Origin: Chiloscyllium plagiosum
Taxonomy: Eukaryota
Reading direction: 5' to 3'
DNA length: 64,000 nt
Assembly (NCBI RefSeq): GCF_004010195.1
Contig: NC_057718.1
Coordinates: 53,429,413-53,493,412, forward strand
The notes beneath the pieces are model-generated. The model had not been told where the DNA came from and searched no databases. It saw only the letters and a program-made list of their open reading frames with translations. Positions 24,379-37,000 of this stretch are shown here, in pieces. A program made the position numbers and the translations under genes. The stretch's first letter is position 1. Every line of letters begins with the position of its first letter.

Positions 24379-26905
24379 CTACTTTCAGATCAAGGCTTCT
24401 AGAAACAAAGTCTAGAATATAGTTTGCATGGTTTATGGCATTGCTAACTTGTAGTGCAACTTTTACTGATTGACGTATTTGTTCACCCAAGATCCCTTTG
24501 TTCCTTGACCCCCACGCATCCACTAAGTCATGTGATATCATTCCAAAACATGGCCCCATATCACATTTTCATTTCCTAATTGCTATTCTATTCCCCAACA
24601 TCAGTAATATCCTTCTGACATATTCGGAGTCCACCTCAGTAGGAATGAAATTGTGAATGATACCAAATTGGTCAAAGTTAGAAATTATGGCTAGAAATGC
24701 ATGGAAGAATTGGCATGAAGCTGGAATGCTGAAAGGCTGGTAATATGGTCTGGAAAGGTGCGAGTGAGGTCGCTGATGCTTAGCAGTGGCACTGCTGGCA
24801 TATGGGAATGTGTTGGTGATGCTGGCTTCCTGGATCTCTGATTGGGCTGACAGCTACTAGGGATGGGTCACCATTCTTAGGAGGACAGTAGCACCAGCAA
24901 CAACCAATTAATTGACTGTCACCAGTAAAATGCAGCCTCCTCACATTGGCACCAGGGTTGGAATCCCTGCCACCTTAGTGAAAGTCTCTGCTGAGTTTTG
25001 ATTCAAAAGTGTAAATCATTAATGCATATTATGAATAGGTATGTGGTTCCAGCATTTATCCTTGAAGACTACTTCCCACCATTTGTCACTCCAAATAACT
25101 ACTCTTTAATCCGCCTCTCTACATTCTGTTTTTGAGCTGGCAAGCAATCCATGTTTCGACTTGTCCCTAGACTCTGCATCCTCTGTCCTCATTCATTAGT
25201 CTATTATGGAACATATAATTAAAGCCTTTGAAAATCCCATATGTTGCATTTGTTGCACTTCCATTGTCTGAAAATTCAATACTGTTGCCAAGTAAGGTTT
25301 TCTCTTTTGAAATCTAGGCTGGTTGTTCTTTCTTTTCCTTTTGTTTCTTCTCTGGATGTTCTTCTATTCAGTCCTTCAGTAGGGATTGAATTAATTTTCC
25401 TTCCACACTAGACTGGTCTATCATTCCTAGGCATGTTTTGTCTCCCTTCTTAAATGTAGGAATTTGTTAATTTTCTGCTTTGGATTCTGCAAGCCTTCTT
25501 AGTCTTCTTCAGTCTGATTGAACATTACTCTGTGGGGGTTGCCTTGTTGAAGTGCTTCTCTATAATTATGACATTCTATATGAAAGTCCACCAAAATTCC
25601 AAATGCAGTTATGAGGAAAATGATTGGCAAGTGCTCCATGTTTACTGTTAAATAGCCTGACTTTCGGAATTGAAAATTAGCCGTTAACTTGAAGATGATT
25701 CATATTTGGCAACAGCCTAGTTAACAGCAGTCAGCGTGGATTCACATTGGAAGGAACCTACATTTCACCAATTACCCTGAATGTTTTGCAAAGTGGTAAT
25801 CTTGGGCGACTCTGATAAGACCACAGACATGCAGAGCATGAACTTCAAAACAGCTTTAGATCAAGTTTGAAATTGAAAGCTAATAATAACCTAAAACTCC
25901 TGGCATTCAGGCAAACTCTTAGAATGGATGAGAAGCTGACAGAAGGATTGGAAACAATAAGTGCTTGTCAGTGGAGAAATGACATTGCAGTGTTGGTAAT
26001 GAAAGGGTATCGCAGGGCTCATTGTTCTTATGGAATGGTGTCGTGAAAATGACTGCTTGAATGAAGAACTGAGAAGATTACTGTGGATTTTTAGGTCCTA
26101 AGCATTAAAATTATTGCTTCTTCTTCCCTTGGGGATAGTTGATGTCACTAATTCTCTTGCAGCAAAAATATTGGCATTGATTGAGCTAATGGGTCAAATT
26201 TCTGTGGGGAGTTTTGTGATCTTCTGGCATAACTTCAGCAAGAAACCAGAAGGTACATGATAAAATAGTCAGTGTTTTTCATGCTTAGGACCTGAAAATA
26301 CACAGAAAGTTATTTCTTCACATTTTCCATGAGCCTGATCAGGAAACTTCTGCACTGCACATCTTAGTTGAAAACTATGGCATTAAGTAGAAATTACAAA
26401 AATGAACAGTTTCATATGAAATTGTGCAATGGGTCTTACTGCTTCATCAGCTGTATTTTTGAGAAAAGGATAAGTTGCACAAAATTACATTTTTGTAATG
26501 TTGCTTTAGCATCTTTTGAAGTGAAAATGAACTTCAAACACAGAATGTGTATTTCTAAGTGGTGTCTAGGGCATGTTGTCTGGAATTCTTTTTGATGTTG
26601 AACTAGGCTTTAGCATTGTGAAATATAAATCGACACCAACAATGTCAAAACAAATTGTTGATGTGGTTAAGCCTTTTTCTGGGCTTTGATTTTTCATGTA
26701 AATTTCTGATTTTCAGTTGTTGAAATTCACCCAATTGTGCAACTGTATAACATTTCGCTCATGTATAACTGTATCGCATTTCATCGATCCATGAATAAAG
26801 ATGTGGGATTCAAATTAACTAAACCAAGACATTCAACATAATCTGAAATGCCATGGTCGAGATAAAATTAAACATGTTGTGTGCTGTCAAGGGAAAATTA
26901 GACCA

Positions 26906-27651
26906 AATAAAGTTTATACTGGTGTCATTACATTATCTTGTTATTTGACCAAGTTGTGGAATCAAAACATCTGGAAAAGATGGTGCACTGTGTAATTAAT
27001 ATTTCACTGAGGCCAGAGAACTAAATTTAATATTCTTTTTGCCACAGTTTGCCTGGAAGAAAATGATAATTTATTTACATTAACAGTTGTGAAATGATTA
27101 AGGTGAACTAACCTGGAACACAGGAAGATTCTTTGCGTTGAATCTCACTTTACTTGGATACATTTCAGTTGCTTTGAGTTTTCTCGGGGTATTTCCACTA
27201 CAGGGCCCAATTAACTTTCTTATTGTACCTTATCAAACTCTCCGCATTATCTACTTTGCCTTTATGACATACCTTATATCTGATTTTAGCCTCATCTTCC
27301 TACATGCCATTGGTACCACAACAATTCACCACTTTGTGGGTGTCCTTTGAAAGACTGCTATCCTTAATGCCCATAACGTCTTTAAAAAGCCATTGTGCGC
27401 CCAAATAAAGTGAGATTCAACCTAAAGAATCTTCCTGTGTTCCAGGTGAGTTCATCTTAATCATTTCACAACTGCTAATGTAAATAATTATCATTTTGTT
27501 TCAGGTAAACTGTGGTAAAAAGAATATTAAATTTAGTTCTCCGGCCTCAGCGAACTATTAATTATATTGTGCAGCATCTTTTCCAGATGTTTTGATTCCA
27601 CAACTTGGTCAAATAACAAGATAACTTAATGACATCAGTATAAACATTATT
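26906..27651. repeat. Long inverted repeat: arms 26906-27157 and 27401-27651, 243-bp spacer
   Basis: Manual alignment gives about 22 differences in about 250 bp (~90% identity). Confidence 0.92.
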
Positions 27652-28229
27652 CAGTGGATAATGGGATTAGTGTTGGTAATCTGGTGTTGCCTCTCCCCAA
27701 TAGTGTAATGGCAGAGCAACCACAAAGCCACACTGTTCACAACAGAGAGCGAGTGTGACTGACACTGCCTCGCACATACAACCCCATTCTGTTACCCTCA
27801 TCACTGCTGAAACACCAGTGTACCTATCCTCCCGTCTGCATACAGTTTCCAAATTATTGCTACCCTGTCTCAAATGCCCACTGGACACCCATATCTTATC
27901 ATTGTCCAGTCAGGAAACATCACATACTGGCAAACAACTGGGCAATTCCAAACATGAACTTTCATTTACAGCCAGCAAAAACAAACCTAAACAAAAATGC
28001 AGGCTGTAGTTCATCCTCATAATGCAAACCAAAGGGAAGTGTAATGAGCAACAATTAGACTACATTCGATAATGGTCTGCTGCATGCGGCTCTCATCTAT
28101 TGGAAGTGGTGTCAGTCAGGTCCTGTCTGACTTGTAGCAGCCAATCCAGCACAAGGAGAACTCTCTCTTCCCCTGTGTTCCTGTTCTCCTCTTTGAAGAC
28201 TGCTCACATTCCCCAGCTCTTTACCAGCC

Positions 28230-28420
28230 AGTACATCGCCCTGTTGCCTGATCTAATAGCACACAGAATACCAGGATGATGCAGCATCTTCTGTCTAGAC
28301 TAAACTGGAGAGCACTCTTAGACTGGTCTGAGCAGTGGAGGCAGGCCTATCGTCTCCTCCTATACTGTCCCAGTCACAGCTTGTGCACCGACTTGCTGAA
28401 TGTGCAATAACAGCAGAGTG
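28230..28420 (-). pseudogene. Degenerate Harbinger transposase C-terminal fragment
   Basis: LHCSDQSKSALQFSLDRRCCIILVFCVL resembles FRCLDxSGGxLQYxPxxxxxIIxxCCxLHN. Confidence 0.5.
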
Positions 28421-28612
28421 AGCAACACATTGAAAAGGGAGGGAATGCTACACTCAATCACCTTCACATTCCAGACCTACATCGATCATTCAACTTTTCA
28501 TTCCATTCAGTGGAACCATTCATCATACTTCCATGACACATTATAAAGCAATTATCACCCCTCACATAGTACCCTTGAAAATTTCACAAGTGATGGGACA
28601 CTTTTCATAAAA

Positions 28613-28917
28613 TTGTAGAATCCCTACAGTGCAGAAGAGGCCATTTGGCCCATCAAGTCCACACTGATCCTCTGAAGACCACCCGACACACACCCATGCC
28701 CCTACCCTATCCCTGTAACGCTGCATTTCCCATGGCCAATCCACCCAACCTGCACATCCTTGGATTGTGGAGAAAAAAACTGGAGCATCAGGAGGAAACC
28801 CACGCAAACATAGGGACAATGTGTAAACTCCATTCAAACAATCACCTGAGGCTGGACTTGAACCCAGCACCCTGATGCTGGGAGGCAGCAGCACTAACCA
28901 TTGAGCCACCATGCCAT
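28613..28917 (-). mobile_element. HE1-type SINE
   Basis: Reverse complement begins TGGCATGGTGGCTCAATGGTTAG and ends GGGATTCTACAAT. Confidence 0.85.
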
Positions 28918-31689
28918 TCATTTCAGGTAGCATTCACCTCCTTTTTCCTCATTGCGATGGTAATGTCAGGTTTGCAAGCATCAATGGCATGAAGCAATCT
29001 ATCTTTTACGAATAATCAACATGTTCATTGTGCAGGCATTCCACGTGGGTAAAGAAATAATTGCAATCAGAGTGTAGCTGGAGTTTGCAAAACCATGTAT
29101 CATGTATTTGCCCTTCAATGTCCGAGCATTCAGCAGACATGGATTTTGTCCACCAGGCTAATATTGATTCTGCCCATCCTGGGTATTGTCACATCCATTT
29201 TCCAATTGCATTTTGGATATAGGCAACAGTAAGTGATGACAGAAGGATGCTGCTTGTGGTGGACACTGTCAGCAGTGGGATTCTGCTGGTTACCAGCTAC
29301 CCCAACTTTCTGACCCAGATAATCCTTGTCCCCTTGACCTCTCTTTACCCCAAGAACCCATTTTCAACCATTCCCACCATGTAGACTCCATTGCATTTCC
29401 TGTAACAGTCATCCCTGCCCTCTGAATGTCAACATTACATCTTAATGGTGCCCATCTGGTCCTGTATACTGCCCAGGGGAAGCTAAGGTGGTGCTCACTG
29501 GCAACAACCTTCCCTCTTGTAGCCAACCATGCTCTGTGCTGCTGTTCTACTGCCTTGCAGGCAACCTTCAGATACTGCCCCACTTCCCTCTCCCATCCCA
29601 CCCCACATCACTTTCCTTGTTTCAATCTATAAAATGCCTCTGCCTCCAGCCCCTTTTGGTAGCAATCCTCCCACTGTGCCAACAGGCCCCTATTGAACTC
29701 ACTTCAACAATCAACACAATTACTTCTGGACTTTATTTGCCCCAGCCCTCTGACCAGCTTTGACGAATACCTGTATGTACGATTGTTCAGACCCCTGAGC
29801 ACTGTGTTTGCAGCTCCCCAAATGATGATAGACATTTCCACTGACCTCTTGAGATGGCCTTACCAAACTGACTGTTCACACTATCTGAGCCAAAGCTAGA
29901 GTTATCCCCAGATCATTAGTAACCACAGAGGATGACTAACCCTATGGTCACTAAGCCCTTGGGCTGTGTACACACTGTACCCTGGACTGATGGTACTGGA
30001 AACCTACCACTGACTGTGGCCCCTTGACTAGACTGGAGACACACCCACACCCACTCTCCAACTTGATTGAATAAGCCTGCAGAGTGTTTGCCACCCGGGC
30101 AGCAGGAACATGGTATAGGTGTTAGATTGGAGTCTCGGTGCACTGTTCAACAAGCTTCCCCCACCCAAATCAGGCACCCAACTGACAAGCAGCACATTAA
30201 TACCACATTACAGATAGACTTGACTCTGACTGAGGTGCCAACTCGCAGGCAGGATAGTCTGTGAGCAGGCATGTAGGTGCTAAATGAGTGAGAAGAAATT
30301 AAGCAAGCAGTGCTGAGATGCAGCCGGTACAGTGAGTGTCTATTGGTGCATGCAGAGTGCACTCACAGGAAACCTTTCAATGATAGCTGCTGGTGCTCCT
30401 TGCCATACAGATCCAGGCTTCCTCAGCATTGTGCAAGTGGATTGGAGAGGTGCCATGAGGGTTGTTAGAGGCTGGCAAGTATCAGCAGCCAATGTCTGTG
30501 GAGGAAGGATGTGTGCAGCTGGTGTCTATGGAGTGTGTCCAGAGATTTGTTCCATCTTGAGCAACATTAGTGTGTTTGCGGCCAGCAGTGAGCTCAGGTC
30601 AGCAGCTAGCTGGTCTGGTTTGTGTATCCAGTTTATTGATGTCCAGCTTGTTGAGTGTATTTGGTATGATAGGAAGCTGAAAATCAGTGAGGCAGGTTGT
30701 GCCTTTAATAAGGCAGTTAACAGATAGAGCCCCCTTTAATTGACAACTCGCTGCTGCCTAGTGAAAAGCTGGCCTCACCACTTGGCAGATGTATAAAGGA
30801 GGCAGTGAGATGCTCTGGCATCAAATTGGACCATGCAGACATCTCGTGTGGTTCTGCTACAAATCTAAACACAGCACACATTAAGATTCTGCCCTATAAC
30901 TCAGTGTACTCCATGCTCCCTGCCAGTTCAAAGGAGCAATATTTAACAATGCAAACTGCAAGGAGAAATGACCAAATATAAATCACAAAGTCAAATCACA
31001 GTTTCAGGAATCTTACTGTTATCTTTTACTTTGACATTGATTAAAGTTCGGTCAGTGGTCCTGACAACAAAATAAGTCACCTTCAGCACACGGAATGAGC
31101 TAGCTTATGAAATAATGGGTATAGGCTAAAGGCTCGTGTGAAGGCACAAGTGTATCGGATGCAGGGTCTGTTTCTAATAGGGAGGTGCAAGGCTGAGGAC
31201 AAGCGTAACTGTAACTCATTCTATTCAGCCCATTGAGAGAATATACAGGAAAACTGCCGTCCCTTCACCCCGGAGAATCTGTGGGTCACAGTGTCAAATA
31301 ATGCTCTGTTGATCTCGTAGGCTCTGTCTTCATTATTTGAGACTTACAACTCATTTGGTGAGCATCATCCCTGATTAAATTGAGGCAGCAGGTTGATTTA
31401 TAACTTCTTGTAGTTGCACACAATAAAATTGCCTTCTGCTGACATACTGTAAAATTATCAGTCTCACTGCAAAGGCCAGAATTGCTATTTTCCTTGGCAA
31501 TTTGTACCCAGTCGCCAACTAGCAATTCACAAACCCACACAACAACAACACAAAATTATGGCAGCAGATGAGCTAACTCGTATGGAAACTGGCAACATTT
31601 TTTCTCTTCTGATCATGTTTAATATCGATAAACCTGCAGGTTATATGGCTCAATGCTATTTCAATTCTGCCAAGTTTGGCCAGGATATA

Positions 31690-32630
31690 AGAACATAAAA
31701 GCCAAAGAATTTGTCATTTATATAAATAATTTGGATGTGAATATAGGAGGAATGGTTAGTAACTTTGCAGATGACACCAAAATTGGTGGTGTAATGGATA
31801 GTGAAACAGTTTATCTCAGAGTAAAATGGAATCTTAATCAAATGGGCCGATGGGCCGAGAAGAGGCAGATGGAGTTTAATTTAAATAAATATGATGTGTT
31901 GTACTTTGTAAGGCAAATCAGGGCATGATTTATTAACTTTTAATGGTAGGGTCCTGGGGAGTGTTTCTAAACAAAAAGACCTTGAAGGTGGAGTCACAGA
32001 TAGACAGTGTAGTGAAGAAGGCATCTAGTACACTTGCCTTTATTGGTCAGCACATTGAGTATAGGAATTGGGATGTCATGTTGCTACTGTACAGGACATT
32101 GGTTAGGCCACTTTGGAATATTGTATTCATTTCTGGTTTCCCTGCTTTAGGAAAGGTATTGTTAAACTTCAAAGAATGCGGAAGAGATTTACAAGAATGT
32201 TGCCAGGGTTGAGTGGCTGTACAGGCTGGGGCTGTTTTCCCTGGAGCATCAGAGGCTGAGAGGTGACCTGATAGAGGTTTATAAAATCATGAAGGACAGA
32301 GATAGGGTGAGTAGCTAAGGGCTTTTTGTTTGGGTAGGGGAGTCAAAAACTGGAGGGTATGGGTTTAAGGTGAGAAGGAAAAGATATTAAAGGGACCTAA
32401 GGGGCAACTTTTTCAAGCAGATGGTGATGCGTATTTGGAACGAGCTGTGAGAGGAAGTGGTGGAGGCTGGTAAAATTTCAATATTTAAAAGGCATCTGGA
32501 TGGGTATGTGAATAGGAAGGTTTTAGACGGATATGGGCCAAATGCTGGCAAATGTGAATAGCTTAATTTAAGATATCTAGTAGGCACAGACCAAAGAGTC
32601 TGTTTTGGGCTGTACAACTCTACGACTCTA
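31690..32630 (+). mobile_element. CR1/HER1-like LINE 3' fragment
   Basis: FVIYINNLD...SNFADDTKIGG RT motif and LYRTLVRPL, running through the 3' tail. Confidence 0.9.
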
Positions 32631-33445
32631 AATAGGAGCAGAAGTAGTATATTCAGTCCCTCATGTTTACCCAATGATTCAATAAAAGTATGGATGAACT
32701 GTCCCAGGTTTGAAGTCCTTCTTACCAGCTCATCATAGCTCCCACTTCTACGATATTTCAAAAATCTATCTACCTCCTCTTTAACATGTCAGTGATTTAA
32801 CCTCCACAACTCTGTGGGGTAGTGAATTCCAGATATTCACTACTCTCTGGGAGAATAAATTTATGTCCCTTAGTTCAAGATTTCCCCTCAAGTAGAATCA
32901 TCTATCGAAGATCTACCCTGTCAGGGTTCCTCAGAATCTTGAGTGTGGTGTTGGAAAAGCACAGCAGGTCAGGCAACATGCGAGGAGCAGGAGAATCAAC
33001 ATTTCAGGCATAAGCCCTTCATCAGGAAATCTTTCTGAAATCTTTCCTGAAGAGGGACTTATGCCCAAAACATCGATTCTCCTGGTCCTCGGATGCTGCC
33101 TGACCTGCTGTGCTTTTCCAGCACCACTCTCTCAAATGATTTCCAGCACCTGCAGCCCTCACTTTCTCCTCAGAATCTATGTTTCAATAAGATTACTCAT
33201 CATTCTCTAAACTCTAATGAACAAAGGCCTAACTGGTTTAGCCATTTTTAATAAGCCAACTTCATTCATCCCAGGAATTAGCCTATGCATCTTACTTGGA
33301 CTGCCTCCAATGCCAATATTCTTTTCTTAAATGCAGGAACAAAACCTGTACCAGTACTTCAAATTCAGCCTTACCAAGACCCTGTATCATTTAAGAAGAC
33401 TTCCCTGTTTTTAAATTCCAATCCTTTAGCAATAAAGGCCAAATC
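32631..33445 (-). mobile_element. Older CR1 3' fragment carrying a PLE hairpin insert; likely continues at ~34020 and ~34250-34880
   Basis: Reverse-strand CR1 3' sequence. RKPVNLTSVIGKMLK at ~34800-34880 is the CR1 RT N-terminal motif. Confidence 0.65.
32940..33166. mobile_element. Fold-back PLE-terminus mini-element with 12-bp TSD
   Basis: TSD TCCTCAGAATCT at 32928-32939 and 33167-33178. The apex contains a duplicated GAAATCTTTC. Hammerhead cores are decayed. Confidence 0.8.
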
Positions 33446-33459
33446 TATGTCTTTTATCC

Positions 33460-34021
33460 AAGGTTAGGCCACTTTTGAATTATTGTGTGTAATTCTGGTC
33501 TTCTTCCTTTTGGAAGGATTTTGTGAAACTTGAAAGGGTTCAGAAAAGATTTGCAAGGAAGTTGTCAGGGTTGGAAGGTTTGAGCGATAGGGAGAGGCTA
33601 AACAGGCTGAGGCTGTTTACCCTGGAGCATCAGAGGCTGAGGGGTGACCTTATAGAGGTTTATAAAATCATGAGAGGCATGGATAGGCTAAATAGACAAG
33701 GTTTTTTTTCTCTTGGATGGGGTAGTCCAGAACTAGAAGGCATAGATTTAGGGTGAGGGGGGAAAGATTGAAAAACAGACCTGAGAGGCAACTTTTTCAT
33801 GCAGAGAGTAGTACGTGAATGGAATGAGCTGCCAGAAGAAGTGGTGGAGGCTGGTACACTTACAACATTTAAAAGGGACCTAGATGGGTATATGAATAGA
33901 AAGGGTTTAGAGGGATGTGGACCAAGGGTTGACATATGGTACGAGATTAATTCAGGATACCTGGTCAGCATGGATAAAAGGTCTGTTTATATGCTCTGTC
34001 TCTCTATGACTCTATGACTCT
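33460..34021 (+). mobile_element. CR1/HER1-like LINE 3' fragment
   Basis: KLERVQKRF...RLRGDLIEVYKIMRG, WNELPEEVVEAG, and tail CTCTATGACTCTATGACTC. Confidence 0.9.
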
Positions 34022-37000
34022 TCTTGATTACTTGCTGAACTTGTATGATAACCTTTTAAAAATATATTTATTTTGATTCATTCACGGATTGTGGGTGTAC
34101 TGACTAGGCCATCATTTTATTGTCCCCTCCCTTGTTGCCATTGAGAAGATGGTGCTGAGCTGCCCTTTTCAACATTGAAATTCATTTGGGAGTCGATTCT
34201 TCTCATGTTTCACATACAAGAACTTACTTCCAAATCGCTGTATGTGGCACTTTTCTTGGAGCCTCTCTCCTTTTAAATTAGAAGTTCCTACCAAAGTGCA
34301 TGATATCACACGTTCATACATTGAACGCTACCTGCCAGGTTTTTGTTCCCTTTCCCTGAACCTATCTGTATCTCGGTGCAGATTGTTGAAGTCTTCTCAA
34401 AACATGCTCTTCCACATGTCTTGTAACCCCAGCAAATTTGGATATGTTACATTCCATCCACTCCTCCAAATCATTACTTTAGGTAGTAAATAATTTAATC
34501 CGTAGAATTTGTGGCCACATCTTTCTGAACTGAAAAAAAATCATTAATTCCAACTCTCTGTTTTCCAAGTTTTAACTAATCCTCAATCTATGCTAATACA
34601 CACCCCAATTCCATAAACTCCTAATTTGTGCAATAATCTTTGAGATGGCACTTTCTTAAATGCCTTCCAGAAATGTAAATACACTACATTATTTCATTAT
34701 TTCTGCTTATTGTATTGTCAAAGAACTTTCGCAATTTTGTCCAACGTAATTTTCCTTTCACAAACTCATGTTGACTCTAAGTATGATTAACTTAAGGTTT
34801 TCCAAGTATCCTATTATTTCTTCCTTAAGCATGGGCTTTAGCATTTTCCCAATGACAGATGTCAAATTAACTGGCTTTCGTTGCCTGCTTTCTGTCCCAT
34901 TGAAGCAAACAGTGGACCACACTGGGGGTGAAATTGAAGTGGTGGTAACATTGGTCCACAATCGTGTTGAAAGTGAGGGGAAACATTGGCCCACACCAAG
35001 GGCTAACCACTTATGAAGAGTTGTTAATGGATATAACTATGGAAAGGCCTACTCTCCGTGTGTGGACAGTGACCATCCAAGCCACTCTACTTTCACATTA
35101 CCACCAATAAAAGCTCATTCTTAATCTGCACAAGCCTTTGTCCCTCTTACCAAGCTAGTTCCTTCTCCCCTGTTATGCAGACCACAAGTAGCACCAAGTT
35201 TCCCTCCATTAAGAAGAGACCAGTGCTTGATACCCTCAGCTTTCATTTCACTCAGAGAAGGAAGCCACATCTTCTGAGGAAGCACTGTGAAAGTTTGCAG
35301 CTACATGCTTGTCTATCCCTGCACGCAAGACATCCTGAGTTAAACATACATGTTCCAAGTGTCCCTAAGCTGCAAAGTGCAATGTTCAAAGGAGAAAGTG
35401 GCCTGTGAGGTGGCCTGAGATCACACATGATGTTGTTGTGAGGTTACTGGTTTGCTGATGCTGACTTGCATGGGCAAAAGATGGAGGATGACAATGGCCA
35501 TCGAGCGTGTGGAAACATTGCTGTGAAGAAACAATTGGATGATGGCTGTGGCAAGCATTTGATGAGTTGCAGCTAACAGATACTTATTCTGACTTCCATA
35601 TTGGGAATTTATGGTGTTGAAGAGGAAAAAATTGGATATGATCTGCAAAATAAGGGAAGTTGAGTTTATAATGAGATGGAAATGCATGGAAACCAAATAA
35701 TCACTACACAAAGGTAAGATTCTGAAGTCATTATTTAAGCTTGAGGAGAAAATCACAAAAGAAAATTCCCATTTCTGATTTTGTTATTCTCTCCGTATTT
35801 TCTCAACCTTTTCATCATTGTTGGCTCCACACTCAGGGGGAGAGAATTCCGTAAATTGATTCAAACCTTCGGGAAGTTTCTACCCCTTCCTGGATTGAAA
35901 TGTAGGGTTTCACATAATGAAAATATGATATATGAAATTCTGTGCTGGGAGTGCGGAGCATGAAATTTTACCATGTAGGAGAAAGGAATTGTTTCCTGGT
36001 GATTTTTATTTCATAAATCAAGTGAGATAAAACACAAAGCCCAATGACAGCAGCTCAAGTGTAGGAAATTAGAAACAGGAGAAAGTAAAGAATGAGAAAA
36101 ATCACCCCTGGTTACATAAAATAATTTTTATGTGGGCTATTTAATTTGTCTTTCCATCACTAATGGATGCTGCTCCACACATTCAATGCCCTGGGTTAGA
36201 TAACTGATAAAAAGAAAATGTTTAAGATAATGGCATGCAAAAACTTTCCTTGATGTTCAGCATATATCAATATTATATTTCTAGATGATCCTATTCCATT
36301 TTTGCAGCTGTTGCTGACCTGAACTATGTGTGTTCAGGTTTTATTGATATGTGTTTTGCACACACAGTCAGTACCTATGGGGCACCATACCATCATTAAT
36401 CCTTTCATTAATTTTAATGGACATAACAGCCTGTAGACAATGCCATGCACCAAATCCAAATTTCTGATGATTCATTCAAAATATACTCTTCTGCATTGCA
36501 AACATACATTGGCAATACGCACCCTACTGTTTGTAGTTTCAACCAACATCAGAATGCATCAATTTTTGAGTGATCTGTCACAGTACACTGAGGCAATACA
36601 CAATGCATGGTCATCATTGCCAACATTAAAGGTGGTACAGTGCCCAGCAAAGAAAATAAACCATGAAATAGCCTTGGAGGAAGAAATTGAGTTATCTTCT
36701 ATTGAAAAGGATCAGAGTTAGCCTCCAGAAATCAACTGCACAAAAGACTGAAATTCATTTAGCAATCATCGGCGTTGGAACTTCCTATTATAAAGTACTT
36801 AATATGCTTTGCTTTCTTATCCAAACACAAAGAGTTTTCTCTGAACAACTGGAAATCATTGATTATTTTAAAGCTTCAAAGACTGTGTAAAATGCCTTCA
36901 AATTGACTCGTCACGATTTCTGCAACGTACCAACAAACTGCAAGACTACAGTTCCTTACTACAGATGGTATTCTTTATTTCAGACAAAAATACAAAACTA

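Noticed and set aside
24129..24422. Recurrent mirrored ORFs WKSAAGQAASKEQEN (also at 42404 and 55973)
   Set aside because: Translations of the palindromic PLE termini, not a protein family.
31348..31446. Minus-strand 99-bp exon candidate (tttacag|...|gtaagt)
   Set aside because: Direct joining to the 13039 acceptor creates TAA and the peptide is unrecognised. Unsupported without transcript data.
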